Source: Candidatus Nomurabacteria bacterium (GTDB lineage: Bacteria > Patescibacteriota > Minisyncoccia > Phycocordibacterales > UBA9973). From it: a DNA stretch of 64,000 nucleotides. This document shows positions 20,084 through 28,774 of this stretch, piece by piece. The DNA lies in NCBI GenBank assembly GCA_016699365.1, contig CP064973.1, forward strand, positions 64,195-128,194. The letters are read 5' to 3'. Positions within the stretch are counted from its first letter, which is position 1, and each line of letters begins with the position of its first letter. The position numbers and the translations under genes are program-made. The notes beneath the pieces are model-generated. The model did not search any database. It was not told where the DNA came from and saw only the letters and a list, made by a program, of their open reading frames with translations.

Positions 20084-20980
20084 TTATTTTGTAATTTTTT
20101 CAATAGACTTAGCAAGTAGAGGCAGGATATCATCATATGTTTTGATATCTCCTATCTGACTTAAACTAAACCATTTTGCATCATCAAGTCCACCACTTGA
20201 AGTCAGCGCAAGCTCCTGATACGGTGCTTCAACCAAGAAGTAATGAACTTCTTTTCTGATCTTTCCTTTCTCAGGATGCGAAGCAATATACTCATTTTGC
20301 CCTAGCTTTTCTTTGACTACTATAGGCAATCCTACCTCGTCTTTAATTTCTCGAACAACAGCAACAGCCTCGTCTTCACCGTCCTCTACACCACCCTTAG
20401 ATAGAGTCCAGTAACCAAAAACATCATGTACAAGTGCAAAATATACTGCACCTTCGTGGCGAGCATATATAACAGCACCTGCCTTTTTTTCAGTAGGTAA
20501 TTTTGTTATATCAACAGGTGTGTCATCTTTTTTCTTTTTAGAAGTTTGATCCTTTCCCGGTTCTCCTATTTCTTTGTATACAGCACCTAAAACTCCGTTT
20601 ACAAATTTACTAGATGTTTCACCTCCAAAAGCTTTCGCAAGTTCAATTGCTTCATTGATTGCTACTTTAGGCGGGACTTCTTCTCTGTTACCAAATAAGA
20701 GCTCAGCTAAACCAAGTCTTAGAATATTTCTATCCACAACTGATATTTTATCAATAGGCCAATCTGGAGCAGCTTTAGTAATTATTTCATCTATTATTGA
20801 ACGCTTCTTTAGCACAAGTTCAGCTAGATTTTCAATAAAAGTAAAATCATCTAAGCCTGGACCAAATTCGCTTTCATTGCGCTTCAATATAGGGACGATT
20901 ATGTCGTCTTGTTTACCGTTGAAATCCCACTCAAAGAGTGATTGGAGAACTATTGATCTTGAAAGGTGCCTGTTTGCCAT
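20084..20980 (-). CDS. nusB: NusB antitermination factor fused to a C-terminal NUDIX hydrolase domain
   Basis: Residues ~1-140 match NusB (…PPKVAINEAIELAKAFGGETSSKFVNGVLGAVYKEIGEP). The C-terminal ~150 aa carry a Nudix box (SKGGVEDGEDEAVAVVREIKDEVG). Confidence 0.75.
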   Translation of the reverse strand: MANRHLSRSIVLQSLFEWDFNGKQDDIIVPILKRNESEFGPGLDDFTFIENLAELVLKKRSIIDEIITKAAPDWPIDKISVVDRNILRLGLAELLFGNREEVPPKVAINEAIELAKAFGGETSSKFVNGVLGAVYKEIGEPGKDQTSKKKKDDTPVDITKLPTEKKAGAVIYARHEGAVYFALVHDVFGYWTLSKGGVEDGEDEAVAVVREIKDEVGLPIVVKEKLGQNEYIASHPEKGKIRKEVHYFLVEAPYQELALTSSGGLDDAKWFSLSQIGDIKTYDDILPLLAKSIEKITK

Positions 20981-21041
20981 TTTGTTGTTTACAACTTTTT
21001 TTAATTTTTATATGAACGAAAGAACACAGTAAATCAAATTA

Positions 21042-21263
21042 CTATGCTTTCTTTGTTTTTGCCATTTTCTCGGCTTTCTTTATGGATTTTTTGTTAACCT
21101 CTAGTACCTTTCTACCTCTGTACATACCAGTTGTGGTGCATACATGGTGACGAAGGTGAGGAACTCCAGTTTCTGTATCAACAGAGAAAATGCGCGCTTT
21201 TAAAGCGTGATGTGAACGTCTGTTGGCGGTATGTGACCGCGTATGTCTCATTCGGACTACCAT
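21042..21263 (-). CDS. rpmF: 50S ribosomal protein L32
   Basis: MVVRMRHTRSHTANRRSHHALKA...GVPHLRHHVCTTTGMYRGRKV matches the L32 pattern. Confidence 0.8.
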   Translation of the reverse strand: MVVRMRHTRSHTANRRSHHALKARIFSVDTETGVPHLRHHVCTTTGMYRGRKVLEVNKKSIKKAEKMAKTKKA

Positions 21264-21293
21264 GTGGACGAGTATAGCATAGGGGTATATAAA

Positions 21294-21950
21294 TTACAAG
21301 ACTTTTTTCAAAAATGTCTTCCTGTGTATGTCTGTAATACCATATCTATATATAGCCTCATAGTGAGCTTTTGTCCCATACCCTTTATGCATATAAAAAT
21401 TGTATTTTGGGTATATTTTTGAAACCCTATCCATATATCTATCACGTGTGACCTTGGCACATATGGAAGCTAGAGCAATTGCCGGCTCTTTTTCGTCCCC
21501 TTTTATAATTGTTTTCTGACGGGCAAACTCTTTTGGCGCCTTGAGGCCACCATCGAGTAATACTATCTTATAATCTGAAGTCTTTAGTTTATAAATAGAA
21601 TTTGAAAGAGCTCTTTTGATGGCAGGAACTATACCTATAGAATCAATTTTAGCCGCAGATACGAGCGTTACCTTATAGTCACACTTCCCTTCTTTTTTCC
21701 ATTTTTTAATTACTTCAAACCATTTTTCCCGTTCTGCGTGAGACAACTTTTTTGAGTCTCGTAGTTTTAAATTGGTTTTTTTAACTAAAATTTTAAAATT
21801 CTTGTTTTCAATATCAAGCCGAAATACTCCAACTGCTACTGGTCCTGCTATCGGCCCTCTCCCTACTTCATCGATGCCGAAAATAGATTGCATGTAGTTT
21901 ATTATAGCAAAATAAAAAATCAGGTTTTTACCTGATTTTAAAATTATCAA
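21294..21950 (-). CDS. rnhB: ribonuclease HII
   Basis: GIDEVGRGPIAGPVAVGV motif. True start is probably the internal Met (MQSIFGIDEVGRG, near 21891). Confidence 0.85.
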   Translation of the reverse strand: MIILKSGKNLIFYFAIINYMQSIFGIDEVGRGPIAGPVAVGVFRLDIENKNFKILVKKTNLKLRDSKKLSHAEREKWFEVIKKWKKEGKCDYKVTLVSAAKIDSIGIVPAIKRALSNSIYKLKTSDYKIVLLDGGLKAPKEFARQKTIIKGDEKEPAIALASICAKVTRDRYMDRVSKIYPKYNFYMHKGYGTKAHYEAIYRYGITDIHRKTFLKKVL

Positions 21951-21958
21951 TTACGAAT

Positions 21959-22627
21959 CTATTCAAAGAAAAGACTCCCTAGCTTCATAAAAATATCCCT
22001 TATGATACTTCTACCAGAATAAAAGTAAGAATCCTCAGTAATAGTAGTCCATGGCTCGATTTCCGGCTGATAGCTGTTCGAGACAACTTTCACTGATAAA
22101 ACGAATGCTTGTGGCGAAGTTATATCTCCTACCACGATTTCGCATGAACCATTGTCTCTACTATAAAAACTGTATGACATGGTTATAGCTCCATCAGTTT
22201 CCTTTTCAACCGTAAGCCCCTCATGACTAAAAGTATCAACGCTTTTGAGTAACTTTTGCAGCTTTGGAAGTATTTTGGCGCATGGCATTTCAATAATTCC
22301 TCCCTTTTCCGGAAAAACATTTACTGTAATATTTGCCATATCTAACACATGAATTTCATTTTCCGCTCTTTTGCGAAAACCTTCTTTCTTGGCCAACCTT
22401 GCTTTTTCCGCTATCGAATTTTCTTCTTCCTTCTTTTTTCGATTGTTATCAGATTCAATTTTTTCTGCTTCTTTCAGCTTATCGAGATCTAACCCTAAGA
22501 TAGAGATTTCTTTTTCGAAACCTTCTACTTCCTCAGGCTTTTCATTTGCCAAGGCTCGCAGCACAAGCTTTTTAAGTCGATTAATTTCCTTTCGGATATC
22601 TGAGGCTGTTTTTACTTTAGCTTCCAT
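21959..22627 (-). CDS. hypothetical protein (N-terminal coiled-coil)
   Basis: 222-aa ORF, Lys/Glu-rich N-terminus, no motif. Confidence 0.4.
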   Translation of the reverse strand: MEAKVKTASDIRKEINRLKKLVLRALANEKPEEVEGFEKEISILGLDLDKLKEAEKIESDNNRKKKEEENSIAEKARLAKKEGFRKRAENEIHVLDMANITVNVFPEKGGIIEMPCAKILPKLQKLLKSVDTFSHEGLTVEKETDGAITMSYSFYSRDNGSCEIVVGDITSPQAFVLSVKVVSNSYQPEIEPWTTITEDSYFYSGRSIIRDIFMKLGSLFFE

Positions 22628-22724
22628 TTAGTATATTTATTTTTAGGTGAAATTATTTTTCGAACTATACTCTTAGATATCAATATTGTCAAATATAAAT
22701 CACCCTACAGTCGCAGGGTGATTT

Positions 22725-23045
22725 TCACTTTATAACTCTATCGTTTCTACGTAGAGTTTTATATTTCTTTTTATGATTCAAGTAATTGTTTCTAAACTTC
22801 GTCTGCTTGCCGTAAAACCTAGGCTCGCGGTCAAAAAAACCTATCAACAGTTCAGGAACCTGAATAATTTCAATAGGAATTTTATTTCTAAATTCAAATT
22901 CCTTTTTCGACACTTCTTGAGTGTTGTCGATAACAATCATTTCTACCCCCACTTCTCTGTGCATCATTTCTATAAGAGCAGCAGTGGTGGTCCCTGTACC
23001 AATGTGGCCACATACAATAATTCCTATATCTCGTCTTTCTGACAT
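22725..23045 (-). CDS. hypothetical protein (possibly a gene fragment)
   Basis: 106-aa ORF starting GIIVCGHIGTGTTTAAL. Downstream hairpin terminator at about 22692-22722. Confidence 0.3.
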   Translation of the reverse strand: MSERRDIGIIVCGHIGTGTTTAALIEMMHREVGVEMIVIDNTQEVSKKEFEFRNKIPIEIIQVPELLIGFFDREPRFYGKQTKFRNNYLNHKKKYKTLRRNDRVIK

Positions 23046-23083
23046 AAATTACAATTTACTTTATTATAACAGAAATATATATT

Positions 23084-26000
23084 TTGTCAAAAATTAAAGA
23101 CATCTGTTATAATCTACGCATGTCATTCGTCCATCTGCATACACACTCACACTATTCCCTACTCGACGGCCTAACAAAAATAGATGATCTAGTAAAAACC
23201 GCAAAAGCACATGGGATGAATGCTGTTGCACTTACTGATCACGGAAGTATGTATGGCGCAATAGAATTCTATAAAGCTTGTAAAAAGGAAGGTATCAAAC
23301 CCATTATTGGAGTAGAGGCATACATCGCTGAGCGCACACGCTTCGACAAAGATCCGGGTCTTGATAGTAAGCGATATCATCTGACTCTTCTTGCTAAAAA
23401 CGAAAAAGGTTATCGAAACTTGATGAAGCTTGTATCTCGCGCAAACCTGGAAGGTTTTTATTACAAGCCTCGAATGGACAAAGATCTTCTAAAAGAATTT
23501 GGAGAAGGAATAATCTGCCTATCTGGCTGCCCAGGAAGTGAATTCGTAAATTTAATAAAAAATAAACACTTAGATAGAGCTAAGGATCTTTTAAAATACT
23601 ATATAGATACTTTCGGTAGAGAAAATGTTTTTGTTGAAGTGATGAAACATGATGATGTTGAATGGTACACACCACTAATAAAAGACATTGTGCAAATAGC
23701 AGAAGATATGGATTTACCAATTGTCGGTACATGGGATTCACATTATTTACACCAAGATGATGCCGAAGCCCAAGACACATTGGTAGCAATAAACACTGGA
23801 AGTGAAGTTGGAGATAGTTCCATGAGTATGAAGAACGGGGATTATTCTTTTATTTCTGATTCGAGAGCAAGAGAAATATTTCGCGATATACCAGGAGCTT
23901 ATGATAATACTGCAAAAGTAGCTGACATGGTAGACATAGAAATATCTCTTGGTGAATGGGTTTTCCCAAAATATGAAATCCCAGAAGGAACAACATATGA
24001 CGAAGAACTTAGAAGAGTTACATATGAAGGCTTCGCTTCACGTAACATCGAACAGACTCCAGAGATGGTAGAGCGCGTAGAGTATGAACTTGAAATAATA
24101 AAAAACAAAGGTTATTCACCATACTTTTTGGTTGTGTCTGACCTACTTCGCTATGCTCGAGAAAACAATATTATATCTACAACCAGAGGATCTGCTGCTG
24201 GATCTTTTGTGTCTTATCTAAATTTCATTACCACAGTAGATCCAATTCACTTCAAATTACCCTTTGAGAGATTTTTAAATCCCTTCCGTCCTTCCCCTCC
24301 CGATATTGATATGGATATCGCCGACAACAGACGCGATGACATGATTAGCTACGCAAAACAAAAATACGGAACTGCAAATGTTGCGCAAATTGGTACATTT
24401 GGAACCATGATGGCACGCGGATCTGTGCGCGATGTGGCACGCGCATTGGGATATTCATATTCCATCGGTGACAGACTGTCTAAAATGATCCCTATGGGCT
24501 CCCAGGGTATGCCTATGACAATAGACAAGGCTTTTGAGCTAGTACCTGAATTAAAATCTGCATATGAAAACGAAAGAGAAACAAAAGAAATAATCGACTT
24601 AGCAAAAAAAATGGAAGGCTGCGCAAGGCATATATCAGTGCATGCTGCAGGTGTGGTCGTTGCACCAACTCCAGTCGAAGATTTTTCACCAATACAATTT
24701 GATCCAAAAGGCGACAAAATTATCACACAATACGACATGTACTCTATCGAAGAAGCAGGTCTACTGAAATTGGATTTCTTGGGTATTAGAAACCTGGCAA
24801 TTTTAGGAGATGCAATAGAACGTATAAAAAAAATACGTGGGATAACTATAGATCTCGAAAAAATACCTTACGACGATAAAAAAACTTTTGAAATGCTAGC
24901 CCGCGGAGAAACAGTCGGAGTTTTCCAGTTATCTGGAGATGGTATGACAGTGTATGTAAAAGATCTAAAACCAACTTGCGTAGACGATCTTAACGCAATG
25001 GTGGCCCTGTATCGACCAGGCCCGATGGAAACAATTCCAGAATACATTAAACGCAAAAATAATCCTGAGCTTATTTCATACCCTGATCCTAGAATGGAAA
25101 AATATCTAAAGGCATCTTATGGATTGATAGTTTACCAAGACGACCTTCTCTTCTCTGCGCTCGAACTTGCTGGATACAACTGGGAAGAAGCTGATAAATT
25201 CCGCAAAGCTGTGGGTAAAAAAATTCCCGCAGAGATGGCGGCCCAAAAACAAAAACTTATAAAAGGTATCGTTGCTAACGGTCAAACACAAAAATTTGCT
25301 GAAACCCTATGGAAACTTTTTGAACCATTCCAGGCGTATGGATTCAACAAAGCTCATGCTGCAAGTTATGGGAAAGTTGCATATCAAACAGCTTATATGA
25401 AAGCCAACTACCCTGCTGAATACATGTCTTCTATCCTAACCGCAGAAAGTGATGACTTAGAAAAAGTAGCGGAAGTTATCGACGAATGTAAAAGAATGGG
25501 ATTCGTAGTACTCCCTCCAGATATAAATGAAAGTTTTTCTGACTTCACTGTTGTAATGGAAAACGGAAAAATAAGTAACAAAATTCGTTTTGGTCTAAAT
25601 AGTATAAAAAACTTTGGAGAAGAAATAGGCAAAGCAATTATTCACGACAGAAAAGAAAAGGGACCTTTTACAAGCTTGGCCAACTTCTTGGAACGTGTTC
25701 ATCATCGCAGTCTAAACAAAAAATCTCTAGAGGCCCTAATCAAATCTGGGGCTATGGATATATATGGAGACAGAGGAGAACTTCTAGGTAATATGGAAAT
25801 TTTGCTTGCATACAACAAACAAACAGAAAGTAACAAAGGCCAAGAATCTCTGTTTGGCGGAATGGACTACAACAGTAGTGCAAAGTTAAATCTACACGAA
25901 GCATCTAAAATAGAAGAAGTAGACAAGCTGGCTTGGGAAAAAGAATTTTTAGGCCTATATATTTCTGGACACCCTTTGGAAAAATGTTCTCACTTAATTG

Positions 26001-26296
26001 AAAAGAGTGGAACAAATATAAAAGAAATTATAGAAAAAACTGCAAATGGATTCCCTGTTACTTTTGTTGGTATGCCAAGTAGTATAAAAACAATTATTAC
26101 AAAGAAAAACGAGAAAATGGCATTCATGAAAATAATAGACCTGACTGGAAGTATTGAAGCTGTTGTATTTAGTCGGACTTTTGAACAATATTCTCCATTG
26201 CTTCTAGAAGATAAGTGCCTGGTCTTCAAAGGAAAAGTATCCATTAGAAACAATGAAAAAAGCATCTTGCTTGAAGCAGTGAAATTGGCAGAATAA
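23084..26296 (+). CDS. dnaE: DNA polymerase III alpha subunit
   Basis: 1070 aa. N-terminal PHP domain (FVHLHTHSHYSLLDG...ALTDHGSMYG), polymerase core, C-terminal OB fold. True start likely MSFVHLH at about 23120. Confidence 0.9.
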   Translation: MSKIKDICYNLRMSFVHLHTHSHYSLLDGLTKIDDLVKTAKAHGMNAVALTDHGSMYGAIEFYKACKKEGIKPIIGVEAYIAERTRFDKDPGLDSKRYHLTLLAKNEKGYRNLMKLVSRANLEGFYYKPRMDKDLLKEFGEGIICLSGCPGSEFVNLIKNKHLDRAKDLLKYYIDTFGRENVFVEVMKHDDVEWYTPLIKDIVQIAEDMDLPIVGTWDSHYLHQDDAEAQDTLVAINTGSEVGDSSMSMKNGDYSFISDSRAREIFRDIPGAYDNTAKVADMVDIEISLGEWVFPKYEIPEGTTYDEELRRVTYEGFASRNIEQTPEMVERVEYELEIIKNKGYSPYFLVVSDLLRYARENNIISTTRGSAAGSFVSYLNFITTVDPIHFKLPFERFLNPFRPSPPDIDMDIADNRRDDMISYAKQKYGTANVAQIGTFGTMMARGSVRDVARALGYSYSIGDRLSKMIPMGSQGMPMTIDKAFELVPELKSAYENERETKEIIDLAKKMEGCARHISVHAAGVVVAPTPVEDFSPIQFDPKGDKIITQYDMYSIEEAGLLKLDFLGIRNLAILGDAIERIKKIRGITIDLEKIPYDDKKTFEMLARGETVGVFQLSGDGMTVYVKDLKPTCVDDLNAMVALYRPGPMETIPEYIKRKNNPELISYPDPRMEKYLKASYGLIVYQDDLLFSALELAGYNWEEADKFRKAVGKKIPAEMAAQKQKLIKGIVANGQTQKFAETLWKLFEPFQAYGFNKAHAASYGKVAYQTAYMKANYPAEYMSSILTAESDDLEKVAEVIDECKRMGFVVLPPDINESFSDFTVVMENGKISNKIRFGLNSIKNFGEEIGKAIIHDRKEKGPFTSLANFLERVHHRSLNKKSLEALIKSGAMDIYGDRGELLGNMEILLAYNKQTESNKGQESLFGGMDYNSSAKLNLHEASKIEEVDKLAWEKEFLGLYISGHPLEKCSHLIEKSGTNIKEIIEKTANGFPVTFVGMPSSIKTIITKKNEKMAFMKIIDLTGSIEAVVFSRTFEQYSPLLLEDKCLVFKGKVSIRNNEKSILLEAVKLAE

Positions 26297-26474
26297 CTTG
26301 CCAAACTATTAAGCTAGGTGCATACTTAATCTATGCAAATAAACACAACGACTACAACTACCACCACCTAAGGGGGTTTGTATTCGTCATACTGCGAAAC
26401 ATAGCCCCCAAATAGGGGTATTTTTTATTAAAAAACGCTCGAAATTATAATTTTAAAATGATATAGTAACCCAT

Positions 26475-28226
26475 ATGAATGAAGAACAATTGCACCCAAA
26501 AAGACATACACTAGCCCACCTTTTAGGAGCGGCTGTATTAGAAATATACCCAGGATCAAAACTAACACTAGGACCTTCAATAGAAGATGGTTTCTACTAT
26601 GATATAGATGTTTCAGGAAAAATAAGTGAAGGAGATCTATCAAAAATTGAAGATAAAATGCGCGAACTACTTCCTACTTGGACAAGCTTTTCACATAAAA
26701 AAAATACTCCCGAAGAAGCAAAAAATGTATTTGCAGGCAATGAATACAAATCAGAGCTAATAGACGAGATCGCAGCAAAGGGCGAAGATATAACTTTGTA
26801 TACTTCAGGAACTTTTACAGACCTTTGCCGTGGTGGTCACGTAGAAAATCCTAGCGTAGATATAACAGAAGGGTCTTGGAAGCTCGACCGTGTTGCAGGC
26901 GCATACTGGCGTGGAAGCGAAAAAAATAAAATGCTTACTCGTATATACGGACTCGCATTTGAATCAAAAGAAAAAATCGATGAGTATCTAAACATGCGTG
27001 AAGAAGCGCAAAAACGTGATCACAGAAAAATTGGCCAAGAACAAAAACTTTTCTTTGTCGACGAGATGGTAGGAAAAGGTCTCATAATGTGGCAACCAAA
27101 CGGTACAATCATCCGAGATGAAATCGAGAAATTTGCTCGAGCAATGGAAAGTGATGCTGGGTATGTGCGCGTTGTGACTCCCCACTTAGCCAAAGAAGAG
27201 CTATTCCTAACCTCTGGGCACCTTCCTTATTACAAAGATGATATGTACCCAGCAATGGTTATGGATGACGGAACATACTATCTAAAAGCTATGAACTGTC
27301 CGCACCACCATATAATCTTCCGCCATGAACACAGAAGCTATCGTGACCTGCCTGTACGCCTGGCCGAATACGGAACAGTATACAGAAACGAACTCTCTGG
27401 AACTCTAGCAGGACTACTACGTGTACGATGTCTTGCTATGAACGATGCACATATATACTGCCGTAAAGATCAGATACGCGATGAGTTCAAAAATGCTCTT
27501 GCACTCACAATGAAATATTTCGAAATATTCGGACTCAAAGATTATTGGTTCAGACTCTCACTTTGGGACCCAGAAAGAAAAGACAAGTATGTAGATGAAC
27601 CAGAAAACTGGAATTATACAGAAGGAGTATTACGTGATGTGCTTGTAGAACTAGGAGTAAAATTCATCGAAGTAAAAGATGAAGCTGCTTTCTATGGACC
27701 AAAAGTCGATATCCAATTCAAATCTGTAATCGGACGCACTGAAAGTATGTCCACAGTCCAACTAGACTTCATCGCAAAGAAACGTTTTGAACTTTCATAT
27801 GTAGATGAAACTGGAAAAGTAAATGACGAAATATTTGTAATCCATCGCGCGCCACTCTCTACACATGAACGCTTCACAGCATTCTTGATCGAACACTACG
27901 CTGGTATATGGCCAACATGGCTTGCACCAGTTCAGGTACGCATCGTTCCGGTAAGTGAAAAGTTCAACGATTTTTCTATGAGTGTATTGAGTAGCTTAAA
28001 ATCAGCTGGAGTACGTGCAGACCTAGATGGTGCTAGTGACACACGCGGCAAGCGTATCAGAAATGCGAAGACTGAAAAGGTTCCTTATGTAGTTGTAATT
28101 GGTGAAAAAGAAGTTACTGCAAACTCTCTAACTATAGAGAAACGTTCTGGTGATAAAATAGAAAATATAAGTGTAGAAAATTTTGTAGAAATACTAAATG
28201 AAGAAATCAGTACAAGAAAATCTTAG
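26475..28226 (+). CDS. thrS: threonine--tRNA ligase (lacks N-terminal TGS domain)
   Basis: 583 aa. Starts at the N2/editing domain (RHTLAHLLGAAVLEIYPGSKLTLGPSIEDGFYYD). Class II catalytic motifs (HRSYRDLPVRLAEYGTVYRNELSG) and anticodon-binding domain present. Confidence 0.9.
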   Translation: MNEEQLHPKRHTLAHLLGAAVLEIYPGSKLTLGPSIEDGFYYDIDVSGKISEGDLSKIEDKMRELLPTWTSFSHKKNTPEEAKNVFAGNEYKSELIDEIAAKGEDITLYTSGTFTDLCRGGHVENPSVDITEGSWKLDRVAGAYWRGSEKNKMLTRIYGLAFESKEKIDEYLNMREEAQKRDHRKIGQEQKLFFVDEMVGKGLIMWQPNGTIIRDEIEKFARAMESDAGYVRVVTPHLAKEELFLTSGHLPYYKDDMYPAMVMDDGTYYLKAMNCPHHHIIFRHEHRSYRDLPVRLAEYGTVYRNELSGTLAGLLRVRCLAMNDAHIYCRKDQIRDEFKNALALTMKYFEIFGLKDYWFRLSLWDPERKDKYVDEPENWNYTEGVLRDVLVELGVKFIEVKDEAAFYGPKVDIQFKSVIGRTESMSTVQLDFIAKKRFELSYVDETGKVNDEIFVIHRAPLSTHERFTAFLIEHYAGIWPTWLAPVQVRIVPVSEKFNDFSMSVLSSLKSAGVRADLDGASDTRGKRIRNAKTEKVPYVVVIGEKEVTANSLTIEKRSGDKIENISVENFVEILNEEISTRKS

Positions 28227-28374
28227 AGGCACTGTATCTGTAGAACACTTGCACCATTTCCGTTGTGGAGCGTGCGACAAATGGTGGAGTGTTGGAGATC
28301 CAAAAATTGCCAAGAAAAAGATTCTAGATTGGTTCTGTCCATGGTGTGGTAAAAAACAAAAATTCAATAAATAA
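28198..28374 (+). CDS. possible 58-aa zinc-ribbon mini-protein overlapping the thrS 3' end (not in the ORF track)
   Basis: ATG at 28198 to TAA at 28372-28374: MKKSVQENLRGTVSVEHLHHFRCGACDKWWSVGDPKIAKKKILDWFCPWCGKKQKFNK (CxxC...CxxC). Followed by a strong bidirectional terminator at 28381-28409. Confidence 0.25.
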   Translation: MKKSVQENLRGTVSVEHLHHFRCGACDKWWSVGDPKIAKKKILDWFCPWCGKKQKFNK

Positions 28375-28380
28375 TATAAA

Positions 28381-28409
28381 ATCCCCTGCAGGCCGCAGGG
28401 GATTTTATA
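28381..28409. terminator. bidirectional rho-independent terminator
   Basis: atcccctgc-aggcc-gcaggggat perfect hairpin followed by TTTT. Confidence 0.65.
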
Positions 28410-28417
28410 TTTATAAT

Positions 28418-28771
28418 TTATTTAAAAAATAATCGTATTGCTATGAGCACCAGCACTACTGCAAAGATTTTAGTGAGAATATCATGATCTACTATAAAGG
28501 CAAGTTTTGATCCAGATATACTCCCTACTATAAAACCCAGAGCAAGTAATAGCGCGATAGTTAGATCTACGTGTCCCGCTCGATAATAATTCATAAAAGC
28601 AAATATAGAAAGTGGCACCACAAACAATGCGAGACTTGTACCCTGGGCTGTAAGCTGAGGAATATTTGCAAGCAACATAAGTGCTGGCACCACAATAATC
28701 CCTCCACCTATACCAACAAGACCACTCAAAGTTCCAGCTACTAAGCCTATGGCAATATAGAGCGCAAACAT
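28418..28771 (-). CDS. small membrane protein, TauE/SafE (DUF81)-like half-size unit
   Basis: 117 aa, 4 predicted TM helices, Gly-rich GIGGGIIVVP motif typical of TauE/SafE repeats. Confidence 0.45.
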   Translation of the reverse strand: MFALYIAIGLVAGTLSGLVGIGGGIIVVPALMLLANIPQLTAQGTSLALFVVPLSIFAFMNYYRAGHVDLTIALLLALGFIVGSISGSKLAFIVDHDILTKIFAVVLVLIAIRLFFK

Positions 28772-28774
28772 GTT

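Noticed and set aside
26300-26474. Possible T-box riboswitch leader upstream of thrS
   Set aside because: Only about 170 nt, and no recognisable T-box consensus (AGGGUGGNACCGCG) or specifier-loop architecture. The GC hairpin+T-run there looks like the dnaE terminator.
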